A stretch of DNA of 64,000 bases from Chloroflexota bacterium (GCA_009840135.1 VXOH01000159.1:2095-66094); one strand, 5' to 3'. Counted from the stretch's first letter, positions 41,446-51,073 are shown. Notes: generated by a model not told the origin, from the letters alone. Numbers and translations: made by a program.

Positions 41446-41477
41446 AAACGGGTCCCAGCCCGCCACTTTCCGCGGCG

Positions 41478-42272
41478 TTGAGAGAGGAGAACTTGGAATA
41501 CAGCAATATTCGACTGGAAATCTTGGACTCCGTTGCCACCATCCGCCTGGACCGGCCCGATGCCCTGAACGCCTTGAGCATGGAACTGTTGGCCGAGTTT
41601 TCCGACGCCGTGGCCACCGTGGAGCGGGACCAGGGCGTCAAGGCGCTGGTGGTACGGGGCGAAGGCCGGGCCTTCTGCGCCGGGGCCGATCTGCTGTTCT
41701 TCGACACCGTATTTTCTGAAATCTCCCTGCTGCCTCCCTACGTTGAGTTGCTGAACCGGTGCTTCCATCAATTGGAACAGCTGCCTGTGCCGGTCATTGC
41801 CCTGGTCCACGGTTTCGCGCTGGCCGGGGGACTGGAGCTGTTGCTGGCCTGCGACATGGCCCTGGCGGCGGAAGATGCCCGCATCGGCGACCAGCATGCC
41901 AACTTCGGGTTGATGCCCGGCGGGGGTTCCACCCAGCGCCTTCCCCGGCGCGTCGGCATGCAGCGGGCAATGGAGTTGCTGACCACCGGGCGCTGGCTGT
42001 CCGGGACCGAGGCGGTGGAGTGGGGGCTGGCTTTGCGGTCGGCGCCCCTGGAGTCCCTTGATGAAGAGCTGGAAACCCTGTTGAGCCAGCTTCGGGGCAA
42101 GAGTCGTACCGGGCTGGGGTGGATCAAGTCCGTAACCCGGCAGGGAGAAGAACTGCCGCTCCGGGCCGGTCTCGACCGGGAAGGAATGGCCTTTGTCCAG
42201 TACTTTGCTACCTCCCCCCATCCGCAAGAAGGCATACAAGCCTTCAAGGAGAAGCGGCAACCCGAGTTTTGA
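41478..42272 (+). CDS. enoyl-CoA hydratase/isomerase (crotonase) family
   Basis: FCAGADL and ALVHGFALAGGLELLLACD oxyanion-hole blocks. Confidence 0.85.
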   Translation: MREENLEYSNIRLEILDSVATIRLDRPDALNALSMELLAEFSDAVATVERDQGVKALVVRGEGRAFCAGADLLFFDTVFSEISLLPPYVELLNRCFHQLEQLPVPVIALVHGFALAGGLELLLACDMALAAEDARIGDQHANFGLMPGGGSTQRLPRRVGMQRAMELLTTGRWLSGTEAVEWGLALRSAPLESLDEELETLLSQLRGKSRTGLGWIKSVTRQGEELPLRAGLDREGMAFVQYFATSPHPQEGIQAFKEKRQPEF

Positions 42273-42333
42273 TGGCAATTCAAGGCAAAATGTAAACTAA
42301 ATGCTAACAAATGGCATTTGTGAAAATCCGCAC

Positions 42334-42361
42334 TTGACATGTGAAGAAAATCAGCTAGACT
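42334..42361 (+). promoter_or_regulatory. promoter candidate for the selenoprotein gene
   Basis: TTGACA-16 nt-TAGACT in an AT-rich spacer. Confidence 0.35.
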
Positions 42362-42400
42362 ATATAGAACTTCTGACAGTTACCAGATAAGGAGGAACTT

Positions 42401-42685
42401 ATGGAAGGGAAAGTCCAAATAGAGATTACGTACTGCGTTCCTTGACAGCACCACGCTACCGCCACGTGGATGGCGAATGAATTCTTCCGAACCTACGGCC
42501 CGGATGCGGCGATAACCATTTCCCCGCGCGGCCAGGGCATCATGGAAGTATTTGTGGATGGCGAGAAGATCTTCGACAAGAAGGCCGAAGGTAATTCTTA
42601 CCCCGATCTGGCCCGGGTCCGCAAGATGAAGGAAGTCATCACCGAGCGGATTGCCAGCTTGGAGCCTGTCCCCGCTGACAATTAG
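42401..42685 (+). CDS. SelW-like/Rdx-family selenoprotein (in-frame UGA = Sec at codon 15)
   Basis: ATG 42401 behind AAGGAGG. MEGKVQIEITYCVP-UGA(42443-42445)-QHHATATWMANEF... gives the Rdx C-x-x-U motif. The remainder equals the 42470 track ORF (GIMEVFVDGEKIFDKK). Confidence 0.7.
42454..42475 (+). promoter_or_regulatory. candidate bacterial SECIS hairpin
   Basis: CGCUACC-GCCACGU-GG(A)UGGCG stem-loop starting 9 nt after the UGA. Hand-folded only. Confidence 0.35.
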
Positions 42686-42733
42686 TTTAATCACGCCGGT
42701 CGCCTCGGCAACCGGCGCCCAACTGGGAAAGAA

Positions 42734-42769
42734 AACGCCCCTCCCAACCAGGAGGGGCGTTGCTTTTTG
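42734..42769 (+). terminator. Rho-independent terminator
   Basis: AACGCCCCTCC-CAACCA-GGAGGGGCGTT followed by GCTTTTTGT. Confidence 0.75.
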
Positions 42770-43029
42770 TCCTTGACGTGCCTACAAAGCCGGGCATCCG
42801 TCCGTTTCGGATCAGGTGGGAGACTTCCATGTCGGGGATTTCCTTAACCACGGCGGCGCATGGTTGCAGAGAAATTTTCTGCGTAACTCCGCGCGCTCGG
42901 TCCTTCCGCGGCGAAAGATGGTAGATGGTAGATGTAAGTTGGGTTAATTCGCTATGAACTGATTAGTGGCCTTGACATATTTGGGTCACATACATATTAT
43001 TCCAGGTGCCTGCTATGCTGGGGAAATGA

Positions 43030-43500
43030 GTGGGGAGGGACAGGATTCTAAACTGGCTTGCCAATGTCGCCGGAGCTATAAGCGACTCCATACGCGAAAA
43101 TGTCAGGACTATTGGGGGTGCATTCTGCGGTCTGTTTGTCTCCTCGTTTGTAGTTTGTTCCTTGGCTATTGTATTCTGGAACGAGGACAAATGGGACTCA
43201 CAGGGACCAATTGGGGTAGTCGCTGATATTTCGGGCACATCTTTTGCCGCCGCTGTCGTCTTACTCAGTTTTGGGAGAGTAGCTATGTCCGGGAATAGAA
43301 TATTCAAAAGGAAAGAAAGAGAGCAGGGCCGAGAGGAAGGCCGAGAGCAAGGCCACAGGGAAGGTCGGAAGGAAGGCCGAGAGGAGGGTCGCAGAGAGAC
43401 AGTGAACGAATACACCGAGGCTGATGCCAGTCGTCAACCGGGTGAAACCCTGCAACAGGCGGTAGATAGGTTGAGGAAGCAGAAAGCGAATAGCGGATAG
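43030..43500 (+). CDS. hypothetical membrane protein with (E/K)GREEG-repeat tail
   Basis: Two hydrophobic helices, then KRKEREQGREEGREQGHREGRKEGREEGRRE. An internal in-frame ATG at 43285 carries its own GGGAGAG RBS. Confidence 0.45.
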   Translation: MGRDRILNWLANVAGAISDSIRENVRTIGGAFCGLFVSSFVVCSLAIVFWNEDKWDSQGPIGVVADISGTSFAAAVVLLSFGRVAMSGNRIFKRKEREQGREEGREQGHREGRKEGREEGRRETVNEYTEADASRQPGETLQQAVDRLRKQKANSG

Positions 43501-43695
43501 CCTTTTTGGGAGAGTAGCTATGTCCGTAAATATAATCTTCAAGAGGAAAGAAAGAGAGCAAGGCCGAGAGGAAGGTCGCAGAGAGACAGCGAATGAATAC
43601 ACCGAGGCTGACGCCAATCGTCAGCCGGGTGAAACCCTGCAACAGGCGGTTGATCGGCTAAGAAATGAGAAGGCAAAGAACGGATAGCCTTTTTC
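43266..43695 (+). repeat. tandem duplication (two units plus the start of a third)
   Basis: Unit heads are (C)TTTTGGGAGAGTAGCTATGTCCG at 43266 and 43501. Both units end ...AACGGATAG/AGCGGATAGCCTTTTT. Confidence 0.75.
43520..43687 (+). CDS. small GREEG-repeat protein (55 aa, below the track cutoff)
   Basis: GGGAGAG RBS. MSVNIIFKRKEREQGREEGRRETANEYTEADANRQPGETLQQAVDRLRNEKAKNG* parallels the tail of the 43030 ORF. Confidence 0.4.
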   Translation: MSVNIIFKRKEREQGREEGRRETANEYTEADANRQPGETLQQAVDRLRNEKAKNG

Positions 43696-43830
43696 ACATA
43701 GCCGCCGTGTCTATTGATTGCAAACCCCATCTTCAATAAAGGATGGGGTCAATTTATGCGGGAGCCTGTTGACCATAATCGGTCCGAGGGGCTTTGTATA
43801 AGTTGGGTGACCCTAGATAAATTCCGTGAT

Positions 43831-44571
43831 TTAAGCGCCTTGGGGCCAGAACTCCCCCTGGGGGACGGACTGCTTCACGTGATCAGGTACGACTTCCATA
43901 ACGGCATCCAGCGCCTTCTCCACTTCCTTCCAGATTTCCCAGCCAATGGCTTCCACCGACTGTCCCGCGTCTACGATTCTCCAGCTCTCTGGAATAGCCT
44001 TTGCCTGCTCCAGGAACCCTTTCCTCGCCCGGTGATGGAACTCCAGGTCCAGCTCTTCGAACCTTGTGCCTTCCTGGGTGCGACTGAGCAGGGCCAGGTC
44101 TCCGCCCGTATCAAGGGTAAACGCCATCTGGTGGCCCATGGTGCGCTTCAGCCCCTCTTCAGGATCAAGGTCGAGAAGAAAGGTAAGGTGGGGATTAATG
44201 CCTTGGGCGGCAAAGGAGTTCATTGAGGCGATTACTTCCAGGTCTATGCCGCGCCCGTGCCCCTGGTAGGCAATGGTGGAACCATAAAACCGGTCGGCAA
44301 TTACAGCGCTGCCGGACTCCAGGGCAGGGCGAAGCCGGGACGTAACCAGCTCCACTCTGGCCGCTTCAAACAGCAGCAGTTCCGCTTCCGGCGCCAGGGG
44401 CCGTTCGCTCTTGAGGTAGCCCCTTAAATACTCGCCCAGTTCGGTGCCGCCCGGTTCCCGCAACAGCAGGTAGGGAATTTCCAGTCCGGCCAGTCGATCG
44501 GCCAGCAACCGGGACTGAGTTGTCTTCCCGGCCCCCTCACCGCCTTCAAATGCTATGAACAAACCGGCCAC
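43831..44571 (-). CDS. tmk: thymidylate kinase
   Basis: FIAFEGGEGAGKTTQ P-loop, REPGGT and DRF.ST blocks. Confidence 0.9.
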   Translation of the reverse strand: MAGLFIAFEGGEGAGKTTQSRLLADRLAGLEIPYLLLREPGGTELGEYLRGYLKSERPLAPEAELLLFEAARVELVTSRLRPALESGSAVIADRFYGSTIAYQGHGRGIDLEVIASMNSFAAQGINPHLTFLLDLDPEEGLKRTMGHQMAFTLDTGGDLALLSRTQEGTRFEELDLEFHHRARKGFLEQAKAIPESWRIVDAGQSVEAIGWEIWKEVEKALDAVMEVVPDHVKQSVPQGEFWPQGA

Positions 44572-44684
44572 TGATTACCTCTGGGATTCTGCGACTTCCC
44601 GTACTTTACGAACAAGCACGAATGCCCACTAAATATACCCATTGGTGAACATTCGCGCCTGTGAGTGCCTGATCTATTCCTTCC

Positions 44685-46490
44685 TTAAGGCCGGTAAATC
44701 AACACCGACCGTTCCGGCTCCCGGCCTCGGCTGGTGGAGGCCAGGTTGAACCGCTGGGCCAGCAAATGCTGCAGACGCCGTACGTAGGCTCGTTGCGGGT
44801 TCAGCTGCACGCTGAATTCGCCTCCCATAACCCGCTGGGCCGCATCTTCGGCCTCCAGCATGGCCTGGTCCAGGGTTTCCCTGGAGCCCGTCTCTGACCC
44901 CGCCTCGCCCCGCTGCCGTCCGCCCCGCACCTGAATCCCCTGCTCTTTCGCCAGAGCTCTCAAAAAGTCCATCACCTGGGGCATTGTATTCTTGCGCAGA
45001 ACGTAAACGGGCGTGCCCGTGGCCTCGGCAGAACGCACCAGTTGGGCGCCCCGGCGGTAGTGAGTCTTGGTGGTCAATACCAGCGAAGCCCGTCGCAGTT
45101 CATTAACCACGTTCACGTTCAGTCCCATCTCGGCCTGGGCTGTTTCCAGCTTGTCGCGGCTTACACCGAACAGAAATACCTGGGCCTCCAGGGTACGGCC
45201 GTCGCCGCCCTCGCCGGGGTTGAGAGTTCCATTGCCTCCGGCGATCTCTCTCCCGTCCTGCCCCAGGCCGTCCGCGCCGCCATCACCCGGAAGCTCATCC
45301 ATGAAGCCGCGCTGGTACATCGCCTGGGGTACAGCCGGCTGTTCCATGTTCCGGTCTGGATTCCGGTCCAGGTTCCTGCCCTGGCGGCGGTCCGAACGTC
45401 GCCCTCCGTTCCCGTAATCGCGGTTACGGCCGCCAAGATCCTGGGTCCAGGGCGCCGGCGGGTCTGCGTTGGGGCGCGGGTCGCCCTGCCGTTCCACTAC
45501 CTCCCCCGCCTCGTCCATGCTGCGGATAACCGGCAGGATCGGGTAGCCCCGCAGCCACTGGTCAACCACCTGGGCCACGCCGTCGTGGACGGCCACCTGT
45601 TCCCAGCTCTGGATTTCCACCACCACGTCAAAGGTAGGCGGCGCCTTCCGTTCCAGCACCGTCTTCTGGGTGCCCCGGTACCGAGCTTCCTGGTCGCCCA
45701 GCGTCACCGACTGTATGCCGCCCACCAGGTCCGAAAGGGTTGGGTTAAGCACCAGGTTGTCCAGGGTGTTGCCGTGGGCGGTGGCAATCAACTGAACGCC
45801 CCGCTCCGCGATGGTTCGGGCGGCGGCGGCCTCCTCTTCAGTGCCCATCTCGTCGATGATAATCACCTGGGGCATGTGGTTTTCCACCGCTTCTATCATT
45901 ACCGCGTGCTGGCGGGTGGGTGTTGCAACCTGCATCCGGCGGGCGTGGCCTATGGCCGGATGTGGCACGTCGCCGTCGCCGGCAATTTCGTTGGACGTGT
46001 CCACGATAACCACCCGCTTGCGGGCTTCGTCGGCCAGGACCCGGGCCACCTCCCGCAGCATGGTGGTCTTGCCCACGCCGGGCCGCCCCAGCAGCAGGAT
46101 GTTCTTGTTGGCGAAGGCCAGGTCTTCGATGATTTTGATGGTGCCAAACACTGCGCGGCCGGCACGGCAGGTTATTCCCACCACCTGCCCCTTGCGGTTG
46201 CGAATGGCGGAGATGCGGTGCAGGGTACGCTCCATGCCCGCCCGGTTGTCCTCGCCGAAATCTCCTATCTGGCGGACCAGGTAATCCAGGTCGTCACGGC
46301 TGACCTCGCGGTCGTCAAGGATCACGTCCCCGGAAGGGAACCGGGCTTCCGGCAAGCGGCCCAGGTCCAGCACCACCTCCAGCAGGTCGGTCAGGTTGTC
46401 CTGCTCCAGCAGGCTTTCTTTGACCCGCGGGGGAAGTATCTCCATCAGGCGTTCCATTTCTTCCTGGACCAGCTCTTGCGCCGCTACCAA
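44685..46490 (-). CDS. AAA ATPase with C-terminal R3H domain (Ycf45/SpoIIIAA-like)
   Basis: LLLGRPGVGKTTML Walker A, VIIIDEMG Walker B, C-terminal R3H/Jag-like block (QRAYVRRLQHLLAQRFNLASTSRG). Confidence 0.7.
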   Translation of the reverse strand: MVAAQELVQEEMERLMEILPPRVKESLLEQDNLTDLLEVVLDLGRLPEARFPSGDVILDDREVSRDDLDYLVRQIGDFGEDNRAGMERTLHRISAIRNRKGQVVGITCRAGRAVFGTIKIIEDLAFANKNILLLGRPGVGKTTMLREVARVLADEARKRVVIVDTSNEIAGDGDVPHPAIGHARRMQVATPTRQHAVMIEAVENHMPQVIIIDEMGTEEEAAAARTIAERGVQLIATAHGNTLDNLVLNPTLSDLVGGIQSVTLGDQEARYRGTQKTVLERKAPPTFDVVVEIQSWEQVAVHDGVAQVVDQWLRGYPILPVIRSMDEAGEVVERQGDPRPNADPPAPWTQDLGGRNRDYGNGGRRSDRRQGRNLDRNPDRNMEQPAVPQAMYQRGFMDELPGDGGADGLGQDGREIAGGNGTLNPGEGGDGRTLEAQVFLFGVSRDKLETAQAEMGLNVNVVNELRRASLVLTTKTHYRRGAQLVRSAEATGTPVYVLRKNTMPQVMDFLRALAKEQGIQVRGGRQRGEAGSETGSRETLDQAMLEAEDAAQRVMGGEFSVQLNPQRAYVRRLQHLLAQRFNLASTSRGREPERSVLIYRP

Positions 46491-46491
46491 A

Positions 46492-47517
46492 TCACGCCTC
46501 CACCGGCGCCATTCCGTAGCGGAAGGCCGGAACGGCCACCATTTTGACCATCAATGTATATTCGGCAACCCTTCTAAACCCCCGGTTTTCCAACCGGGCG
46601 CTGACCGCTTCCTGGTAGCTGGGCACCAGCCATCGCTGGATTCCCGGCTGGGCCAGGGCGTAATCCATGGCCGGATACAGCGCCTCCGGGTGGTCCGGAT
46701 GGGTCATGGTCTGTACGTCAACAATTACCCACCGGCGGGTGATTCTCAGCCAGCCGGCCAGTCGTTCCGGCCCGTCTGTCACCCACTCTTTATAACCGGC
46801 GGGTTTGAAAAGACCGGAGCCCGTTTCCCTGTGTTCCTGCCATTGGTCGAAAGTTAGCCCCAGAACCTCCCGGGCCTTGGCCGGGGCGCTGGCGCAATAG
46901 AGTTGAAACAGGCCGTATTCATCCGGAGGATCAACGGGACGCATTCCCTGCGGGCCTTCCTTGGTCTGCGGCACGCCTCCGGCATCACCCCCGTAGCCCT
47001 CCAGCAAAGTTTCTGTAACGCCGGCGGTGAATCCGCTGCGTTGCGCCAGGGTCAGGGCGGGGCTGTTGGCCGGGAGCCGGAGGTAAACGCGCTGGGCGGC
47101 GCGGCAGCCTGCAGCCGTATTCAACTGTTCCAGCAGTTCCAGCCCTGCATCCTCGGCGGAAAAGTCTTCGTACCAGCCCAGGTCCCAGCGTTCTTCAAAG
47201 CTACCGTAATCCCAGTATTGCAGGGACGGCCAACTGCCGTACAGGTAGAGCCGGTCTATTTCCCATGAGTTGCGCCCCTGCCTGCTGCGACCCGACACCA
47301 TGCCCCGCAGTTTCTTGCCGTCCCAATAGCCCAGGGACACCCGATTCTTCGATTTCACCACGGCATCCTGCCAGATAACCTCGCCGGGCCAGTTGGAGGC
47401 CGGACCGACCACCCGTTCCCTGGGACTGGCCAGGTTGGGGCCGCTGGGCGCGCCGTTCCAGGTGCAGCGCAGGGCGTCGGCGATGCGGAAGCTTTGCACG
47501 TTTTCCAACTGGTTCAT
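46492..47517 (-). CDS. hypothetical protein, possibly tandem GNAT-like folds
   Basis: Weak GNAT-like ends (RVYLRLPANSPALTLAQRSGF, SARLENRGFRRV). 1-nt gap to the downstream gene. Confidence 0.3.
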   Translation of the reverse strand: MNQLENVQSFRIADALRCTWNGAPSGPNLASPRERVVGPASNWPGEVIWQDAVVKSKNRVSLGYWDGKKLRGMVSGRSRQGRNSWEIDRLYLYGSWPSLQYWDYGSFEERWDLGWYEDFSAEDAGLELLEQLNTAAGCRAAQRVYLRLPANSPALTLAQRSGFTAGVTETLLEGYGGDAGGVPQTKEGPQGMRPVDPPDEYGLFQLYCASAPAKAREVLGLTFDQWQEHRETGSGLFKPAGYKEWVTDGPERLAGWLRITRRWVIVDVQTMTHPDHPEALYPAMDYALAQPGIQRWLVPSYQEAVSARLENRGFRRVAEYTLMVKMVAVPAFRYGMAPVEA

Positions 47518-47540
47518 CGGCGTTATCCTGGGTATCAGCC

Positions 47541-48200
47541 CTACTGACCGGTTACCGGTTCGGTGGCCGGGTCTGTTCCCTGCCCCGGCCCCGGATCTGC
47601 GGCAGGGGAGGCTGCCAGATTCAGGAAGTATTGATGCAGGCGATTGTCGTTGGTCAGTTCGGGATGAAAGGAGGTTGCCATCAGGTTGCCCTGCTGCACG
47701 GCCACTGCCTTGCCGTTGGGCAACATAGCCAGGGTCTTTACGCTGTCTCCTACGCGGATAACCACCGGGGCGCGGATGAAAATTGCGTGGAAGAGGCCAG
47801 GTTCCAGTCCAGCGGGTTCCAGCCCGTCCAGTTCATGGATTTCCAGGTCCTGTTCAAAGCTGTCAATCTGCCGTCCGAACGCGTTGCGTTGAACTCCGAT
47901 GTCCATGAGTTGCAGGGGGACGGGGTCGGCCTCGGTAATCTCGTGGGCCAGCATGATCATGCCCGCGCAGGTGCCCCAAACAGCCTTGCCGGCCTTGGCC
48001 ATGGCTGCAACCGGCTCACGAAGGTGGTAGATGCTCATCAAGCGGCTGAGGGTGGTGCTTTCTCCGCCGGGGACAATGAGGCCGTCGATGCCCTCGAGTT
48101 GTTCCGGCAGGCGGACCTCCTGGCATTCGACGTTGAGTCGCCGCAAAACGGCGATATGTTCGGCAAAGTCACCCTGTACGGCTAGTACCCCGATTTTCAA
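47541..48200 (-). CDS. pdxT: pyridoxal 5'-phosphate synthase glutaminase subunit
   Basis: MKIGVLAVQGDFAEH, GLIVPGGESTT, GTCAGMI (catalytic Cys), FHPE. Confidence 0.9.
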   Translation of the reverse strand: MKIGVLAVQGDFAEHIAVLRRLNVECQEVRLPEQLEGIDGLIVPGGESTTLSRLMSIYHLREPVAAMAKAGKAVWGTCAGMIMLAHEITEADPVPLQLMDIGVQRNAFGRQIDSFEQDLEIHELDGLEPAGLEPGLFHAIFIRAPVVIRVGDSVKTLAMLPNGKAVAVQQGNLMATSFHPELTNDNRLHQYFLNLAASPAADPGPGQGTDPATEPVTGQ

Positions 48201-48281
48201 TGCAATTCTGTCCGGCGTTTAGTTGTAAGAAGCTATTTCACAATCCCCGTAGCAGCTTGGAAGCGCTTTTCCAGGTATTCC

Positions 48282-48641
48282 CTAAATTGTCCGGGCGCGC
48301 AAGGGCTTTGCAACCAGTTTTTCTTCCGCCGGATCAACCATAAGATTAAAGATCTGCAGGGTAGTCGCCCCCAATAGAAACTGGTCCTCGGACCCAAAAA
48401 TTACAGGACAAGGGAACTCACGGCCTTCGTAAGAAAAGCGAGCTATTCCGTAACCGTATTCCACTTCACTGCCGTCTGCGATGCTGTAGGGCCGGTATTC
48501 CAAGGGCGACAGACCGAGGCGCTTCAGCAGGGATTCCGGCATAACGGAGTGGGCCGCCCCGGTATCAACCAGCGCCCCTATGGTGGCCGTTTCGTCGGTG
48601 CCCATCCGGCCTACACCTACCTGTACTTCAAAAAGTCCCAT
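48282..48641 (-). CDS. retropepsin-like aspartic protease, paralog 2
   Basis: ALVDTGAAHSVMPESLL and FLLGATTLQIF are colinear with the 22978 ORF. Sits between pdxS and pdxT. Confidence 0.7.
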   Translation of the reverse strand: MGLFEVQVGVGRMGTDETATIGALVDTGAAHSVMPESLLKRLGLSPLEYRPYSIADGSEVEYGYGIARFSYEGREFPCPVIFGSEDQFLLGATTLQIFNLMVDPAEEKLVAKPLRARTI

Positions 48642-48653
48642 GTCTCGTGTGCC

Positions 48654-49544
48654 CTAGATACTGCGGGGAGCCAGCAATTCCTCTTGCGGGATGGATCGGG
48701 CGCTGATACCCACCATCGGCTCACCCAGGTCCTTGGAAACGTCGGCCAGAATCTTGGGGTCTTTGTAGTGGGTAACCGCCTGAACTATGGCGTATCCCCG
48801 CTGGGCCGGGTCGCCGGACTTGAAGATGCCGGAGCCCACAAACACGCCGTCCGCGCCCAGCTGCATCATCAGGGCCGCGTCGGCCGGGGTAGCCACACCG
48901 CCAGCGGCAAAGTTCACCACCGGCAGGCGACCCTGTTCGCGGGTTTCCTGCAACAGTTCCAGGCTTACGCCCAGGTTGCGGGCTTCCACCACCAGCTCAT
49001 CCTCGGGCATGTTCTGCAGCTTGCGGATGGCGTCCTGCACCGCCCGCATGTGGCGCACCGCCTCCACCACGTCGCCGGTACCGGCCTCGCCCTTGGTCCG
49101 GATCATGGCCGCGCCCTCGGAGATGCGGCGCAGGGCCTCGCCCAGGTCGCGACAGCCGCAGACAAAGGGCACCTGGAAGTCGTGCTTCCACACGTGGTGT
49201 ACCTCGTCGGCCGGCGTCAGCACTTCGGACTCGTCAATGTAGTCAATCCCGATGGCCTCCAGCACCTGGGCCTCCACGAAGTGACCGATGCGGCACTTGG
49301 CCATAACCGGAATGCTCACCGCGTCCATGATTCCCTGGATGATGGCGGGGTCGGTCATGCGGGCCACGCCGCCGTCGGCGCGGATGTCCGCAGGCACCCG
49401 CTCCAGGGCCATAACGGCTACGGCGCCCGCCTCAGCGGCTATCATCGCCTGCTCTGCGTTCACCACATCCATTATTACGCCGCCCTTCAGCATTTGGGCG
49501 TGTCCCGATTTCACTGTAAAAGTTCCGGTTAAAACGTCAACCAT
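48654..49544 (-). CDS. pdxS: pyridoxal 5'-phosphate synthase lyase subunit
   Basis: [23 protein letters not shown] and [12 protein letters not shown] blocks. Confidence 0.92.
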   Translation of the reverse strand: MVDVLTGTFTVKSGHAQMLKGGVIMDVVNAEQAMIAAEAGAVAVMALERVPADIRADGGVARMTDPAIIQGIMDAVSIPVMAKCRIGHFVEAQVLEAIGIDYIDESEVLTPADEVHHVWKHDFQVPFVCGCRDLGEALRRISEGAAMIRTKGEAGTGDVVEAVRHMRAVQDAIRKLQNMPEDELVVEARNLGVSLELLQETREQGRLPVVNFAAGGVATPADAALMMQLGADGVFVGSGIFKSGDPAQRGYAIVQAVTHYKDPKILADVSKDLGEPMVGISARSIPQEELLAPRSI

Positions 49545-49737
49545 TTTCCATATCCTCCCGTTGGGGACAGTGTTCCTGTTCAGAGCTTTATTCGACAGTA
49601 TTATACGGCCTGCCGCGTCCTGTTATCAATTATCAATTGCCCGCTGTAACTGTTCAGACTTAGTGTGTTACCAGACTGGAAAATCCGTCGTTCCCGCGCA
49701 GGCGGGAACCTCGAACCTGTGCAAATCGTGGGGTGGG

Positions 49738-49765
49738 TAGGGGCGCATGGCCATGCGCCCCTACG
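49738..49765. repeat. REP palindrome
   Basis: GTAGGGGCGCATGGCCATGCGCCCCTAC. The GTTCCCGC-GCAG-GCGGGAAC hairpin lies just upstream (49690-49709). Confidence 0.85.
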
Positions 49766-49866
49766 ATGTCGAGGGTATGACGGGTGTAGAGGCAGGTAAT
49801 TCCCTCAATTCTAAACAGTTACTGCCCGCTGTGCCGGTCCAGGATGATTGCAAAGTCATGCCAGGA

Positions 49867-49932
49867 GTCCCTTCCCCCTTGATGGGAACGGAATCCGCCT
49901 GAGGCGGACCTATGTCGGGGGCGAGGGGACTC
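49867..49932 (-). repeat. double-hairpin-family repeat variant with a CCGCC..GGCGG insert
   Basis: GTCCCTTCCCCCTTGATGGGAACGGAATCCGCCTGAGGCGGACC...GGGGGCGAGGGGACTC. Confidence 0.6.
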
Positions 49933-50045
49933 TGCGATGGCCCCACGCAGGACCGGAAGCCAATGGTTTTCGGTCTATGGTTCCACTATAATCCCCGTTA
50001 CCGTAACCCTGTGGTTAGACCCCTGGTGAAATAAAGAGAAAGGCG

Positions 50046-51026
50046 GTGACTGCTATGGCAAAGGATTACAGTATTTGCGTGGGAGCCGTAGGCTTCGGCG
50101 GCGGCGTCTGGTACAGCCCCGATACCGGCGAAAGCTGGAACCGCATCCGCGACCCCTTCGTCCTGGGCGCCGATGTCCGGGCCCTGGTAGCCTACCCCGA
50201 CAATCCCAACCGCATCCTGGCCGGTTCTAACCAGGGCATATTCCGCAGCGAGGACAAGGGCGCCACCTGGGAGAAGCTGTGGTCGCCCATGGAGGGGGTG
50301 CCCATCTGGAACATCGCCATTGACCCCGTGGATACCGGCACCATCTACGTGGGCATCAAGCCGGCTGCCCTGTTCCGTTCCCGGGACGACGGCCGGAGCT
50401 GGACCAAGTTGCCCGTGGATATGGCCCAGTATTGCCCCATCGGCCCGCCCATGGTTACCGCCCTGATGGTGGACCCCAGGGACCACAACACCGTCTGGGC
50501 CGGCGTGGAGGTTGACGGCGTGTACCGCAGCCTGGACGGCGGGGACACCTGGACCCATATTACGACCGGCGTCCACCCCGATATTCACGGAATGGCCATC
50601 AGCCCGGGGGATGAGCATAAAGTCCTGTTCAGCACGCCCCGGGAAATCTACTATACGACCGACGTGGGCGAGAGTTGGGAATCGCTGAACACCACCAATG
50701 ACCTACCCTTGCCCTACAGCCGGGGCATCGCCTTCAAGGCCGACGATCCCAACGTGCTGTTCTCGGCGCTGGGCGAATCGGCCATCAGCAGCCAGGGGGC
50801 TCTCCGACGTTCCAACGACGGCGGGCAGACCTGGGAGAATCGACCGCTGCCCGTGGAGCCCAACTCCAATATCTGGGGCTTCGTTACCCACCCGGCCGAC
50901 CCCGACTTCATTCTGGCCTCCAGCCTCTTTGGCGAGGTCTATACCAGCGAGGACGCCGGAGATTCTTGGAGCAAATTGAAGCGCGAATTCACCGAGGTGG
51001 GCGCCATGGTCTGGGTGCCCAACTAG
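50046..51026 (+). CDS. BNR/Asp-box repeat beta-propeller protein (Ycf48/sialidase-like fold)
   Basis: Seven SxDxGxxW boxes: SPDTGESW, SEDKGATW, SRDDGRSW, SLDGGDTW, TTDVGESW, SNDGGQTW, SEDAGDSW. Confidence 0.8.
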   Translation: MTAMAKDYSICVGAVGFGGGVWYSPDTGESWNRIRDPFVLGADVRALVAYPDNPNRILAGSNQGIFRSEDKGATWEKLWSPMEGVPIWNIAIDPVDTGTIYVGIKPAALFRSRDDGRSWTKLPVDMAQYCPIGPPMVTALMVDPRDHNTVWAGVEVDGVYRSLDGGDTWTHITTGVHPDIHGMAISPGDEHKVLFSTPREIYYTTDVGESWESLNTTNDLPLPYSRGIAFKADDPNVLFSALGESAISSQGALRRSNDGGQTWENRPLPVEPNSNIWGFVTHPADPDFILASSLFGEVYTSEDAGDSWSKLKREFTEVGAMVWVPN

Positions 51027-51073
51027 CAGCCTGTCGCCCCTGCATTCATGGCTAACCGGAAAGGTCGTTCGTG

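Noticed and set aside
42380-42694. 104-aa - strand ORF
   Set aside because: It overlaps the Rdx/SelW-like gene, which has a strong RBS, a family-typical sequence and a terminator. The minus ORF has none of these.
45042-46547. 501-aa ORF on the + strand
   Set aside because: Antisense shadow of the R3H/AAA ATPase gene, which has clear Walker A and B motifs.
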